Part shown: piece after piece, positions 21,758-33,603 of the stretch | Layout of the letters: each line of letters opens with the position of its first letter | Position numbering within the stretch: the first letter of the stretch is position 1 | From: Naegleria gruberi | Lineage: Eukaryota | Length of the DNA: 64,000 bases | Assembly: GCA_000004985.1 (NCBI GenBank) | Contig: GG738909.1 | Direction: 5' to 3' (one strand) | Position numbers and translations under genes: made by a program | The notes under the pieces: generated by a model | The model's input: only the letters and a program-made list of their open reading frames with translations | Database searches by the model: none | Told to the model about the DNA's origin: nothing

Positions 21758-21879
21758 TAATTTCAAACATGATTGTACAAATACATTAACTATAATATAA
21801 TTCCACATAATTTAAGCTCAAACTTTGTGGTGAAAAAATTTCCTCAATGTGATTCAAAATAAAACCTTTATTCAATCAT

Positions 21880-23066
21880 TTAAAAATCAAATTCATCAAC
21901 AGAGTTGACAGTTGTTGTGGTAGCCACTGGAATGTCATCAGCATCCAAAATTGAGGCTGTTGTAGATTCGGCTGGCTTATCAAACATTGACAAGATTTGA
22001 TTGGATTGATAAATCTTTTGTCCTTCATCAGAGAAATCAATCATGACACCCTGATTTCCATTCTTTTCAGTTCCTAATAATTCATCCAAGAATGCTCCTT
22101 CTTTTGGTTTGTCTGAAGTTTCAAATCCTAAAATATCATCGGCACTTTGAGTAGAATTGACTGCTGGAGCAGTTGTGGTGGCACCATTGTCAAATCCCAA
22201 GATATCATCATCCATTGTGACAGTAGTAGTTGCTGGTGGTGGTACAGTGCTGGTATTATTTGCAGAGTGTGTAAAAGAGTCATCGAATGAATCCATAGAG
22301 AAAAGTTCTTGTTCCTTGACTTGAGGTTTTGGTGGCTCCACAACCACTTCATTTTCTTGCCAATCCAACATGGATTCGAGTGGATTAGTTGCTTTTGGTG
22401 GAACGTTGGTTGTTTTCACAGGAGCATTTGATGATGGAGTACTTGGTTTAGCAGAAGTGGATCTGTTAGCAAGAGCTCCAAATCCCTTGTTGGCAGCAGA
22501 AGTTTCTGTTGTTGGAGTTGAGCTGTTGGTTTTCACAACTTGTGGAGTATTAGTGGTCGATGTGGATGAAACTGGTGATTTGGCACTCACTGGTGAGTTA
22601 ATTGATACGTTAGAATTGTTATTACCTGTTTGTTGCTTGAGTTTGTGGATGAGTTTCTGACTGTTTTCTCTCTTCAATTCAGTGAGTTGAACCAATTGAG
22701 AGGCCAACAAGACAACCAAATCATCAAGAGCACGATCTCCCTGCTCTAATTGCGAGAGAGTGGCATTAGAATTTTGAAGAACAGAACGAACACGTTCAAT
22801 TTCTTGTGGAAGTGCTGTTTGAAGAGTTTGATAACTTGGGAAGAGAGTTTGTGTTTTAGAGGTGGTATTTGTATTAATTTGTGGAGTGGAAGTAGTTGGA
22901 GTTGAGGAAACATTGGTCGAACGTTTAACAGATTGTTGAGAGGAATGTTGTTGGTGTTGTTGGTGATGAGAAGGAGAATTACCAATCAAATCATTGGCCA
23001 TACTCTTCAAGGAGGAAAAGAGTCCGGAATCATTGTGTTGCTGCTTTTGTTGTTGGGATCTCATGG
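21880..23066 (-). CDS. Low-complexity Ser/Thr/Gln-rich protein with a central coiled coil. The acidic C-terminus carries repeated DDILGF(D/E) motifs and ends in DEFDF. The track ORF runs to a GTG at 23166; the first ATG is at 23066.
   Basis: Predicted coiled coil in LSQLEQGDRALDDLVVLLASQLVQLTELKRENSQKLIHKLKQQ. Repeated DDILGFDNG and DDILGFETS. The C-terminal DxF and FxDxF-like motifs resemble endocytic accessory-protein tails, but this is only an inference. Confidence 0.5.
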
Positions 23067-23894
23067 TTATTATGGATGTGGATTGGGTGCTATTTGTTTT
23101 TCCGAAAGGATTTGATTCTCGTTCTTGTTGTCTGATGATGGAAGGGAAATTGAAAAAACGACCCACAAAGCCTTCGTTTAAATTTTTTAAAGATAAAAAA
23201 AATCAAAATTATTAATTTATATTTGTAACGGCAAAGATGATGACGAAAGGATTGTGTCATCATGATTGACCAAGTTAGTGAATAGCAGAATATATTGACG
23301 AGACAAAACTGGTTCAAAGTTACGGAATTTAAATCCAGGTATATAACAACATCACCCTCTGTCCTTTTGAAAACCAAGGTTCAGAGCATTTGGATTGTGC
23401 ACTCAGTGCCGAGATTTCAAAAGGCATCACCTTCTGTGAATTGATTTCAATCCACACACATCTCAAAGCGAAATCATCACTTTATCGAAAATTGTACTTT
23501 CCCTTTGACCAACAACAAACACAGTCCAAGCAAACAAGCAACGAAGAACAAATGGAGCGAACAAGTATCAAAAAAAATACCTCGCTTTTCCCGGGTTTTT
23601 CTACTACGGTTTTCTTTGCTTTCATTGAGCGAGATAAACAACAACAATAAGAAGAATAGAAATCATTTGAAAATTGTGCTGTGGCTGCTTCTGCTCTACT
23701 AATACAATATTCGCCCTGTTATTGTTTAAAGAATACAAAAACATCATCACTCTCTTAATAATAGTTGTTCAATCATCAAACCTTATGAAACATTAGAGTA
23801 ACAGCAACAACAACAAAACAACAACAACACGAATAACTTTTTGGAATACCGAGTCATCAACTTCTCTCTAAATTTTAGAATAATAATTTAAAAG

Positions 23895-26336
23895 ATGCTG
23901 GGAGAACAAACACTCATCAAGAAGGGTCATAGGCAAAATCATCAAATGACTGCCGTTCGTAAGAATCCCCTTCGAATCAACAACCCAAAATCACCCTCAA
24001 TAAGAAGTCCTTTGGAAATGGGCTCAGTTGAATTGGGAGCAACATCAACTTTAAATAATTCTAGTGGTATTTCACCTACACACAAGAAACATGCACTAGT
24101 TGTTAGTGGAATAGAAGGAGGATCAAGTCGCCCTAATAGTTCCCTTCCAATACCTCCAACTACTAACAAAAACTCTGTAACATCCCTCAACAAATTTACC
24201 TCACTTACACCCCCAGTTAACAAAACTCATAGTTTATTCTCAGATGCTGATATTCAATCAAGAAACAATTCTAGACCATCATCTGCAACTTCTACAAAGG
24301 GAAGAAAAGTGATAAATGAGCTCGTTGGACTTCCAAACCTTGCTCAACAGGTATCTTCAATAGTTGAACCCAACATCATGTCTCCCACAAATGCTGACAG
24401 AGAATCTATAACAACAACAAGAAACTTGAGATCAAGTTTTGGTGCTAGCAGACCTCCATCTGCTAAATTAGGTATTTCTAACACTCACGTGGCTTCCACA
24501 TCAACAATTTCGCCCGCACACCATAACCAACCTTCAACTACAACATTCCAAACCTCTACTAATAATATTAATACTTCTCAGACAATCAATAATACTAATA
24601 ATAATAGCCACCTTAATGAGGAAAAGTTACCTCACGTAAGACCAACCTCAGTTAAGAAGAGTACCTTCACTGAATCAACAACGACAAATAATCACCACCC
24701 AACGACAAATCATGCTTCTTCTACAGCAGCTCTCCACGAAATACCTTCCCAAATCACCACCCAGCAAACAACTACGAGATCATCTAGTCTTAAATCCGAC
24801 TCATCCCCTGTTATTACTCCTTCCACACCAGAATCATCATCACTTTCCTACTTTAAAATTAAAAAAGTTCAAAGAGGCAAAGGTGTCAACGACAAAAAAC
24901 CACTAAAAGTTCCAATCGTACCAAAGACAAGAGAACTTAAACTTGAGAATGGTGGATTTTTGAACGATCTTCAAGCTACTACTCTAACTAATGAAAAGGA
25001 TGAAGAGGATGACTTACAAATTCTAACAAAGAACATTGCTCATCACCGTAATAGCAATCAGCACCTAATTGAGGAATCACCTGTTACTCCAATAACACCA
25101 AATTCACCTGAGCTTTCCTTTACCCCTGTAATTGAGAATAGGAAAAAACCACTCAAATTTACTGATAGAGACATTTCGAGAATTAATGACTATACAGAGT
25201 TAACACCACCTCCACAAAATAACAATAAGGATAGAATACCAACACCGGTGCTCAAGGTTCAAGAGGATGAGGATACACCCAAGGATATACCAGAAGAACA
25301 AGAGTCTCCAGAGGCAACTCGAGAGACAATGAGACAACTCAAGTTGTTAGAAATCTTCCCTAATGGACTTGATTCACAAAATAAGAAGATTAAGTATCAA
25401 CAACATAATGATATGGACATGTCATATAAGGAAGTTATTTCTGAATTGAAAGTTTTAACTAGTAGAGTTTCAATGCTGAGGAGGAATGAACAAGGAAGAA
25501 AAAACAGCTTTAAAAATGTTTACAATTTCCAAAATGATTCACTAGCAATGGATGATATCAATAATGTGGAAATTGAAAAGATGGAAAAGAGAATGAGAAG
25601 GTTGAATTATTACCGAAAGATTATGACTGCAGGTCTTGCTGGATGGAAGGAATATAAAACTGAAAGGGATTCATATGTTGCTTTGAGGAGAAGCAGCCTA
25701 GTTGAAGAACAAGGTTTTGATGAAATGAGCAAGGAGGATGAAGTTGTTGAAATCCGAAGATTCGACGATGAATACAGAAGATTTAAGCAGAGACTCAACC
25801 CAGAAATTTCTACCAAAGTGGCTAAGGCTATTGAACAAGTGGATCCACAGTCAGCTGCTATGAGTATTTTGGAAAATATGGTACTCAGTAAATCAGAAAA
25901 GATAAAGACTGAAGAAGATAAACAATTACAAAAGGAAAAGCTCACAGCAGAAATTATTCGATGGAAGAGCAGATGGTCACCCTTCGGAACACCTAGCATG
26001 TCAAGAACGACGTCTATTCTTTCATCTCTCGAAGGAAAAAGTGAGAGCATTGATATTGCAGATGCCGATGAGGTATTTGATGTGGAAGATGTCTCATATG
26101 AGGAAAAGGAGGAAGCTCAATCAGAAGATGATGAATCAGACGATGAGGGCGATTTTGAAATCATTATTTTGAATGACTTGCAAACTGAAGATGATGGATT
26201 CTTCCTCACTTCAACCATGAATGAAAATGAAGAAACTGAGGAAAAGATGTTAAATCAAGTAGATCCAAGAAAACTACTGAAAGCCATCGTTGCAGCCTCA
26301 AGAAAACCAGTTTCCAAAGCACAAAGCAAGGCCTAA
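23895..26336 (+). CDS. An 813-aa S/T/N/E-rich low-complexity protein. It is very likely the N-terminal part of the downstream kinase gene (see next feature).
   Basis: ATG at 23895. The ORF ends at 26336 but overlaps the open kinase frame, which starts at 26281 in a +1 frame, by 56 nt. No GT-AG intron that would rejoin them is visible. Confidence 0.55.
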   Translation: MLGEQTLIKKGHRQNHQMTAVRKNPLRINNPKSPSIRSPLEMGSVELGATSTLNNSSGISPTHKKHALVVSGIEGGSSRPNSSLPIPPTTNKNSVTSLNKFTSLTPPVNKTHSLFSDADIQSRNNSRPSSATSTKGRKVINELVGLPNLAQQVSSIVEPNIMSPTNADRESITTTRNLRSSFGASRPPSAKLGISNTHVASTSTISPAHHNQPSTTTFQTSTNNINTSQTINNTNNNSHLNEEKLPHVRPTSVKKSTFTESTTTNNHHPTTNHASSTAALHEIPSQITTQQTTTRSSSLKSDSSPVITPSTPESSSLSYFKIKKVQRGKGVNDKKPLKVPIVPKTRELKLENGGFLNDLQATTLTNEKDEEDDLQILTKNIAHHRNSNQHLIEESPVTPITPNSPELSFTPVIENRKKPLKFTDRDISRINDYTELTPPPQNNNKDRIPTPVLKVQEDEDTPKDIPEEQESPEATRETMRQLKLLEIFPNGLDSQNKKIKYQQHNDMDMSYKEVISELKVLTSRVSMLRRNEQGRKNSFKNVYNFQNDSLAMDDINNVEIEKMEKRMRRLNYYRKIMTAGLAGWKEYKTERDSYVALRRSSLVEEQGFDEMSKEDEVVEIRRFDDEYRRFKQRLNPEISTKVAKAIEQVDPQSAAMSILENMVLSKSEKIKTEEDKQLQKEKLTAEIIRWKSRWSPFGTPSMSRTTSILSSLEGKSESIDIADADEVFDVEDVSYEEKEEAQSEDDESDDEGDFEIIILNDLQTEDDGFFLTSTMNENEETEEKMLNQVDPRKLLKAIVAASRKPVSKAQSKA

Positions 26337-28128
26337 TCTACTTTCTCCCAATACAACCACCCCTCAACACACCAACACTACTACTGATACTACTGCTACT
26401 GCAACAACCACTAGTGGTACCAACACATCCAACCAAACAACCCTACCACCAATCCAATCTTCTCAGTCATCTCAAAACCTTCTTAATCCGAGTGAAGATG
26501 AATTTATTGTAAAGGTTAGTTTGCGAGAATCAAGAGCCATGTCTCAAAGAAATCTTTCCAGATACAATGGAAAAGAAGGAAAGGAAATGGACGATGCTCC
26601 TCAATCAAAACCAGCATTGGAATTACCAAGACTCGATTTTGATACTCCTAAACCACCAGCTTCCCCAACGGACATGATAAGAAGATCAAGGGAGATGGCT
26701 CTCAAAGAGGATATGGATCTTTTTCATCATGGCCAAAAGAATTACATGGATGATGACGACGACATGGCTATGATTAACTCTATTGAGGAACAAAATACAT
26801 TCATGACTGACAGTATTGACCAGAATGGAACTATTGATTGGAAGAAGGAAGCAGGTATGATGAAACAACGTCAAAGAAGAAATAGTGTCGATATGCCTGT
26901 AGTTGAAGAAGAAGAAGATATGGTCTTAATGAATGAAGATGAAGAAAAGAATCCTTCAGAGGAGGTTATTGCAGAGCAACTTACCTTTATGGAGGAAGAG
27001 ACACCAACCAATACAGACAAACAAAAGTTCCAATTCAACCAATTATTGCAACACCTTAATTCTGAAGTAGAATATAGTGACAAGACTAAAAAGAAGAAGA
27101 AAAAGAAGCACAAGAACAAGGACCACGATAGAATTCAATCACCAAGGGTAAGAGAAAACAGAGAAGAATCAGATGTCATTGAAGAGGATCCAAGTATGAC
27201 TATCACGACAGATCAACAACTATCACTCCAACCAAATGACGGCGCTAAGGTTATCATTGAATTGGATGAACTCTTAGGTATAGGAGCTCACGGTAAAGTT
27301 TACAAGGGATTCATTCCAAATTATATTACAAATACTAAGGATCCAGTTGCTATCAAAAAGTTGAGTGTCAAGGCAGGAAGATTCTCCAAAAAGTTCATCA
27401 AGTTAGAAGTGGACATTCTCAAACAATTATATCACCCATATCTTGTACAATATCTAGGTTGTAAATATAGCTCCAAACTTAAAGAGTACAGCATTGTGCT
27501 CGAGTATGTCGACGGAGGAACACTTGAACATTTTATCAAAACTTCTGGCCCAATGGATGAAAGGACGGTCAGTGTTGTTGTTTCTCAGGTACTTATGGGT
27601 CTTGAATACTTACACTCAAAGAGAATTATTCACAGAGACTTGAAACCAGCCAATATTTTGATTAGTGGTAAGGGTGTTGTAAAGATTACAGATTTTGGTG
27701 TCAGTGCCCAATTATTGAATATTGAAGCTATTAGAACTAGTTGTGTTGGTACACCTCACTATTCTGCTCCTGAAGTTATCATGGTCAAACCGTATAGTTT
27801 CACTGCAGATATCTGGTCTCTGGGCTGTGTTGTTTTCGAATTACTATTTGGAAAGAGACCATACGATGAATTCAATCAAGTTGCTGCCATGTATCACATG
27901 GTCAAAGACGACAAACCACCAATGCCAACTCCAAACAATTTGAGTCCAGTCTGTTTAGATTTTATTGATAAGTGTTGGACCAAGGATTGGAAGAAGAGAC
28001 CTACCGCAAGAGAATTGCAAACCCATCCCTTTGTAAACAACAATGAACATGTTATTCAAAAGTTTGTGAAGAACATGAGACAGTCCCTTATAATGCCTAA
28101 TAACCTCCTTTCTCAACAAACTAATTAA
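26290..28128 (+). CDS. STE-group (STE11/MAP3K-like) serine/threonine protein kinase. The catalytic domain lies in the C-terminal 300 aa and is preceded by T-rich and acidic low-complexity sequence.
   Basis: LGIGAHGKVYKG, AIKK, HRDLKPANILI, DFGVSAQL and GTPHYSAPEV. The frame is open from 26281 (the upstream stop is at 26278-26280), and the first in-frame ATG is at 26536. It probably forms one ~1400-aa gene with 23895-26336. Confidence 0.8.
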   Translation: MQPQENQFPKHKARPNLLSPNTTTPQHTNTTTDTTATATTTSGTNTSNQTTLPPIQSSQSSQNLLNPSEDEFIVKVSLRESRAMSQRNLSRYNGKEGKEMDDAPQSKPALELPRLDFDTPKPPASPTDMIRRSREMALKEDMDLFHHGQKNYMDDDDDMAMINSIEEQNTFMTDSIDQNGTIDWKKEAGMMKQRQRRNSVDMPVVEEEEDMVLMNEDEEKNPSEEVIAEQLTFMEEETPTNTDKQKFQFNQLLQHLNSEVEYSDKTKKKKKKKHKNKDHDRIQSPRVRENREESDVIEEDPSMTITTDQQLSLQPNDGAKVIIELDELLGIGAHGKVYKGFIPNYITNTKDPVAIKKLSVKAGRFSKKFIKLEVDILKQLYHPYLVQYLGCKYSSKLKEYSIVLEYVDGGTLEHFIKTSGPMDERTVSVVVSQVLMGLEYLHSKRIIHRDLKPANILISGKGVVKITDFGVSAQLLNIEAIRTSCVGTPHYSAPEVIMVKPYSFTADIWSLGCVVFELLFGKRPYDEFNQVAAMYHMVKDDKPPMPTPNNLSPVCLDFIDKCWTKDWKKRPTARELQTHPFVNNNEHVIQKFVKNMRQSLIMPNNLLSQQTN

Positions 28129-28825
28129 ATAAATTATTGCCAGAGTTAAATTGAGCTTTCAATGTTTTAATTGTTAAAAAATAGATCAAGAACCACAATA
28201 TGATGTTGTGTTAATATAATATTAATGTAAACAGGTTGTGATTTTCTTTAGTATGCTGAGGCATGTAGTGTAATTCTAACATCACGATCAGCTCAGATTT
28301 CTGAAGTGTTGGTGGCGCAACTCCACCCATGCCTTTTATCTTTTGACTTTAACCTTACCAATGCAATTATTTTCATTTTGGTGTCACGCCTATATGCCAA
28401 ACTGATTAGAAATAAGACAAAAGAGTCATTTGAACGTAAAAGAATGGCTCGATAACAGACCTTTCAATCTCTATCCTCTATTTAAACATTCAACACGATT
28501 CTTTCATCAAACCTTTCATTTTCATTCTTTGGTCAATTTCCTTTAATGTAAAATCTTAATCGCTCCCAATTTTCAGCTGTCATTCCGTTCAAATTGTAAA
28601 GTCTTACAAAAAAACTAATCAAAAAACGAAAGAAGCTCGTTCAACAAACAACCACCCTCACACATTACAGTTAAAAAAACCAATCAACGATCTTCTTTTT
28701 TTAGATTTTACAAAAAAAACCAAATAAATTCCTTAGCAGCAAAAACTGAATCATCATTATCGTTGATTTCAAGCAAGAGCAATTCTTCATCACTGACGAC
28801 AACGTTTTCAGAAAACCAACTAGAC

Positions 28826-31221
28826 ATGGATCCGAATAGATTGATACAACCAGAAGAGACGTTTGATAAACAAATTGTTTCAAATTTGTCGGTTGATTCC
28901 TCAACATGTGTTTCCGAACACTTTACTTCCTTAACCGATGAAGAAAATTCAAATCAATCTTCATCTCTGGATTATTCCCTCTCCTCAACAAGTAATTCCA
29001 GCAATGGTGGTGCCAATTTTAATTATTCGGTTGAAAATCTCAAACTCTCACTTTCCACGAATGGAAATGTTAATAGTAGCAACAATAGAGTGATGAATGC
29101 ATCATTTATTGATGGAAATGAATCCAATTTGATGAGTGAGAGTTTTGTGAATCATTCTCAAATGATTGTTTCCAATGTTGGTCTTTCGAATTGCAATTCT
29201 CTTCCTGTGGTTGCAGTTCAAGGTTTTAAACTTGGCGAATCTCAACCGAAATCTAATAACATCCTTCCAATAGATAAGGAATCTTGTAAAGATAGTGTAA
29301 ATATTGTAAATAGTATTCAGAAAATCATGGACGAATCTGAGCCATGTATGATAAAGCACGAGAACTTTCGTCCAACTATCAAACTTTCTCCTCAAAAGCA
29401 TGCTCTCTTTTTGAAAAAGAAAAAGATGAACAGAAGAGAATCTATCCTAAACCAAGTCAAACTTTCCTCCAGATTGACTGGAAACAAACATTCGTGTAGA
29501 ATTGGCCCAGCAAAGAGAAAGGATCTCTCACTCGAGCAAATGAAGAGTCAAAGACTAGATAAGAAGAATAATTTTCATTTAGAACTCGATTTGGATATTC
29601 TGTTCACTGAAAAATTGGTTGAGAAACTTCCAATTCTGGTAGAAAGTTCAAATGACATTACCGAAACTGTATTCGAAATGCATGACGAGAAGCAAGCACC
29701 TCCAATCGATGCAACACCAACCAATTCTACCACCACCACCACTTCCCCTCACCATCTCTCTTGTAATTTTTCTTGTAAATATTGTAATGATTTTAATAGA
29801 AACTGTACCATTAATAATTCCATTAAGGAAACTCAACATGAAGTATTTAACATTGTAAAATACAATCTTGTCAAGTTGAAAGACTTGTTAGATTCTGATG
29901 ATTTAGATTTTGAAGATAGTATTGACTCTGTTTTGGAGTCTGACTGTGTTCAAACTTTGATTTCTTATCTGGATACTTCCATTTATGGAAAATACTTTTC
30001 ACTCAAGCAAGAATCTTGTAATAATTGTAAGAGTATGTCAAATTTGAGTATGAAGGATATTTTGTCTCTCCAATTAGTTGCTACACAGGTTGTGAAAAAG
30101 CTTTCATGTGGAAGAATGGATCAAGTTGAAACTCTTGTCACCAAGTTGACCATTACAAAGCTCATTCTCTTAATTAACTCAATGTGTGACTCTATTAGAT
30201 ATGAAGCATTGTGGATTTGTGGAAATTTGGCCAAACATCATCACAATTTCAGAGATGACTTGTTGGATTCTAATGTTTTAAATGAAATTGTAACGTTAAT
30301 TACAGGATTTAGTGGAACAACAGATTTAAATGAAGATACAACATCTCTTTTACGAATGGGTAAGTAATTTATTGGAATTTAGACCAATGGTACTTTTTAG
30401 CCGCTTGGTGCTTTTCCAAATTGTGTTTTGGAACTGTTTTTCCTAAGGAACGTCACATGAGGAAGGAAATTGAATTATTGGACAAGTTTCTTTCGTTTGA
30501 GGATTCGGATATTTTGAAGAATGTTTGTAGAGCTCTAGGAAGATTGATGCTTCCAAAGGAAATGATTGACGTATTCTTAAAGACTGGCAGATTGCCAAAG
30601 ATTGTGGACTTGTTGAAACATGTTGATGATAATGTCATTGGTCAAGCACTTGTGGCAGCTGTCAATATTTCTGCAGGAACTGATGAAGAAACTCAAGAAT
30701 TGGTTACCCTTAATGCCCTTAATGTTTGTTATGATATTTTGAAATCCAACAAATCAAGAACCATCAAGGTAGATGCCATGATTCTTGTCAGCAATATTGC
30801 TGCATGTACTGAAAAACAAGTGGAATGCGCAGTTGAGTGTGGAGTTTTAGAGCTAGTTGCCAATCTATTTCACAATAGAGATACCCATATTGATATGAAG
30901 AAGGAAGCTGTTTGGATATTTTCCAATTCAACTTCTAATGGAACTGAACAACATTTAGAATTATTCACTGAAAAATATCAAATTCTAGTACCTGTTGCCA
31001 AGATGGTTATGAATTGTAATGATACCAATGTTGTTACACTTGGTTTACAAACTCTATTGAGAATTGTTCAATATTATGATGAAGATAAGGAACCAGAACA
31101 GTTGGCTGGAGTTCTTGCAAAACTTAATGAATGTGGCGCAGATAAGTATATTTCCCAGATGGATACCAATAGGTATGGAACTGCTGCCAAGCTCAACAAG
31201 TATTTCACACCAAAAAAGTAA
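28826..31221 (+). CDS. Importin-alpha-like armadillo-repeat protein with a ~400-aa N/S-rich N-terminal extension. Two exons, with a 41-nt intron at 30360-30400 (GTAAGT...TTTAG). The start is the first ATG at 28826; the frame is open from 28619 and the track calls a TTG at 28763.
   Basis: ARM repeats with the importin-alpha signature: ALWICGNLA, the spliced junction ...LLRM|AAWCFSKLCFG (compare NATWTLSNLCR), and EAVWIFSNSTSNGTEQH (compare EAAWAISNATSGGT). Splicing joins track ORFs 28763-30367 and 30421-31221 in frame. Confidence 0.65.
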
Positions 31222-31254
31222 AAATCCAATAAAAAATAGAAATCACATCTCTTA

Positions 31255-33318
31255 TTACTTTTTCTTTTTCTTTGGTTTATCAGAAGAAGAACCACTTGAT
31301 GATTGACCTCCAATGGCTCTAATGGTGGCATTCTTCATTTCTGGATTCTTTTCAATTTGATCTTGAGTTGAGAAGTGTGACATCATGTCTTGAACTTGCT
31401 CTTCCAAATCACGAATTTTAGCATCCTTCTTTTCCAGCAATTTCTTGTAATTCTCCTCTGATTTTTCAATCTTGATTTCATATTGCTTTTGATTGTTGAT
31501 GAGTGTCTTGTTGAGCTCTTTCAAAAATTCTGTTTCTTCCTTTTCCTTTTCTGCCTTCTTTTGAGTCTTTTGTACCTTGTTGGTCATCTTTTGAGTGTTT
31601 TGTCGATAGGTTTGTAACTCATTGATGAGGGATTCTATTTGCTTATCCTTATCCTTCTCCAAACCTGCAAGTTTGTTTTCAAAGTACACTCTCTGACTGG
31701 TCAATTGTTGAGAGAGTAATTGGTTATACTCATTGAGGAATGAATCCAATTTGGAATTGTACTGAGCCTCCAGCAACTCTGTAGCTTCTCGCATTGCTTC
31801 TTTTTGATTTGGATGAGAAATTTCAATTAATTTTCCTTCTGTATTACCAGCAACAAGACGATGGACATAACCATCACCTGTATAATCCCAAACTCTTTGT
31901 GAATTATGTTCCATGGCATAGGTATGATTGGTTTGTAAAAAGTGTTCCATGGCGTGTCCCTTCTCATATCTTCCACATCCAACAACACCACAAGTTAAAC
32001 AAATCCACAAATTAGACTCACATCCACACTCTCCACATTTCAATTCTGTTGTTATTTGTTCGGTATATCTACACACTGGACAATTACCATCTCCCCACTT
32101 GGTCAGACAATTGCAGTGGAATTGATGGTTACAAACTGTTGTAATAATTCCACTAGCACCTGAATCTAATCTATCCAAACAAACTGGGCATGTTGGTAAT
32201 TCATATCTCTTTTCATCTTCAGAATGTCCATGATCTTTGCATTCTGGCTCTGTACATTGGGTTTCAGTGTTGGTATTTGGAGAAGTAGCATTGGATCCAG
32301 TATGAAGTTGAGGATCATTGCAACTTCCAACAATGAACATATCCTTGGAAGATTGGATATCCAAGTGACTGCCCATCATATCAGGTCTACTTGTAAATTC
32401 AACACTCTTTACAAATACAATCTTGCAATGCTCAGGATCGAGAGAATTGAAAGGTCTTCCATTATATTGCACAAAGAAAGAATCTGCATTCCTTTGTTCA
32501 TCAAATTGCAATAATACCATATACTTGTTTGGTGATTCGTCCCTTAAAATTCTCGTCTTTTCAATATTACACTCAAAGCAAGCAATAAATTCAAAAAAGT
32601 CCGCAATAGAGATGAAGGAAGGAACTGCCAAGATGGATACCAATCTACTTCTCTCCTCTGGTAGCTCATCTTGCTCCATTCCACTCATTAATCCAAAGAG
32701 TTCATCCTCACTTGGGCCTTCTTCTGAAATTGCTGAATTATTTACAGAATCCACAACATTAAGCAAATTGCTTGCCATTGGTCTCTTCTCTGCTGATCTT
32801 GGCACTGTATTAAAGTCATCTCCTTGAATATTTTCATTAACTGCATTGGTAAAACTTCTTGGTGTTCCATGTTTGTACAATTTAATAATACCAGTAATCA
32901 ATTCAACATTCGGATTACCTGATGAGAAGAAAATGTGTTTCGGTTCATAATAATTTTCTATTAATTCTTCCTTTGTTGATTGACTCAGTGCATTAATATC
33001 TAGAGTTTGTGTTGTTGTTGTTGATGATGATGAAGAAGCTGATGCTGAAGAAGATTGCACTGCTTCCTTCTTCTTATTCTTCTTCTTTTTCTTATCCGAT
33101 GATGATGAAGAGGATGATGAATTTGTCTTGTTGGTGCTTAGCATGTTAATTTGATGATGAGAAATACAATTCAATATTGTGCTCTTATGTTCCTTCAACA
33201 ATTCTACTTGTTGATTTGCTCTTTTAGAGTAGGGTAGTAATTGATGATTTAAATGTTTTTCTCTGAGTCGTTTCTCTACCAATTCCGAATCAGAAGTGAA
33301 TACCTCTATTGAAAACAT
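31255..33318 (-). CDS. BRAP2 (BRCA1-associated protein 2 / IMP / yeast Etp1)-like E3 ligase, with a BRAP2 domain, a RING-H2 finger, a ZnF-UBP and a C-terminal coiled coil.
   Basis: RING: CPVCLDRLDSGASGIITTVCNHQFHCNCLTKWGDGNCPVCRY. ZnF-UBP: CGECGCESNLWICLTCGVVGCGRYEKGHAMEHF. N-terminal BRAP2 domain: KIVFVKSVEF. The C-terminal ~250 aa is a K/E-rich coiled coil. ATG start. Confidence 0.8.
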   Translation of the reverse strand: MFSIEVFTSDSELVEKRLREKHLNHQLLPYSKRANQQVELLKEHKSTILNCISHHQINMLSTNKTNSSSSSSSSDKKKKKNKKKEAVQSSSASASSSSSTTTTQTLDINALSQSTKEELIENYYEPKHIFFSSGNPNVELITGIIKLYKHGTPRSFTNAVNENIQGDDFNTVPRSAEKRPMASNLLNVVDSVNNSAISEEGPSEDELFGLMSGMEQDELPEERSRLVSILAVPSFISIADFFEFIACFECNIEKTRILRDESPNKYMVLLQFDEQRNADSFFVQYNGRPFNSLDPEHCKIVFVKSVEFTSRPDMMGSHLDIQSSKDMFIVGSCNDPQLHTGSNATSPNTNTETQCTEPECKDHGHSEDEKRYELPTCPVCLDRLDSGASGIITTVCNHQFHCNCLTKWGDGNCPVCRYTEQITTELKCGECGCESNLWICLTCGVVGCGRYEKGHAMEHFLQTNHTYAMEHNSQRVWDYTGDGYVHRLVAGNTEGKLIEISHPNQKEAMREATELLEAQYNSKLDSFLNEYNQLLSQQLTSQRVYFENKLAGLEKDKDKQIESLINELQTYRQNTQKMTNKVQKTQKKAEKEKEETEFLKELNKTLINNQKQYEIKIEKSEENYKKLLEKKDAKIRDLEEQVQDMMSHFSTQDQIEKNPEMKNATIRAIGGQSSSGSSSDKPKKKKK

Positions 33319-33603
33319 ACAATAATATATTTACGGTATGTAAATACTAATTTCAAGGTATTTAATATTACTATTTTAAATAACGAATATTATATAAATT
33401 CTTCTCTAAATCCGAACCGATGAAAAGCAGTGAGGTCGGCCTTTCAATTCCGCGCTTTTTTTTTTGAATTTTTATTTTTAATTTTTCTCTCAATCTTGGA
33501 ACTTGCAATTTCTCACTTCTCATTGAAAACAGCAATAAGGAGAAAACAGTTTAGTTTTAAAGACTTGATGCTACCAAGGAATAGAATAAACAGTTAAAAA
33601 ACT

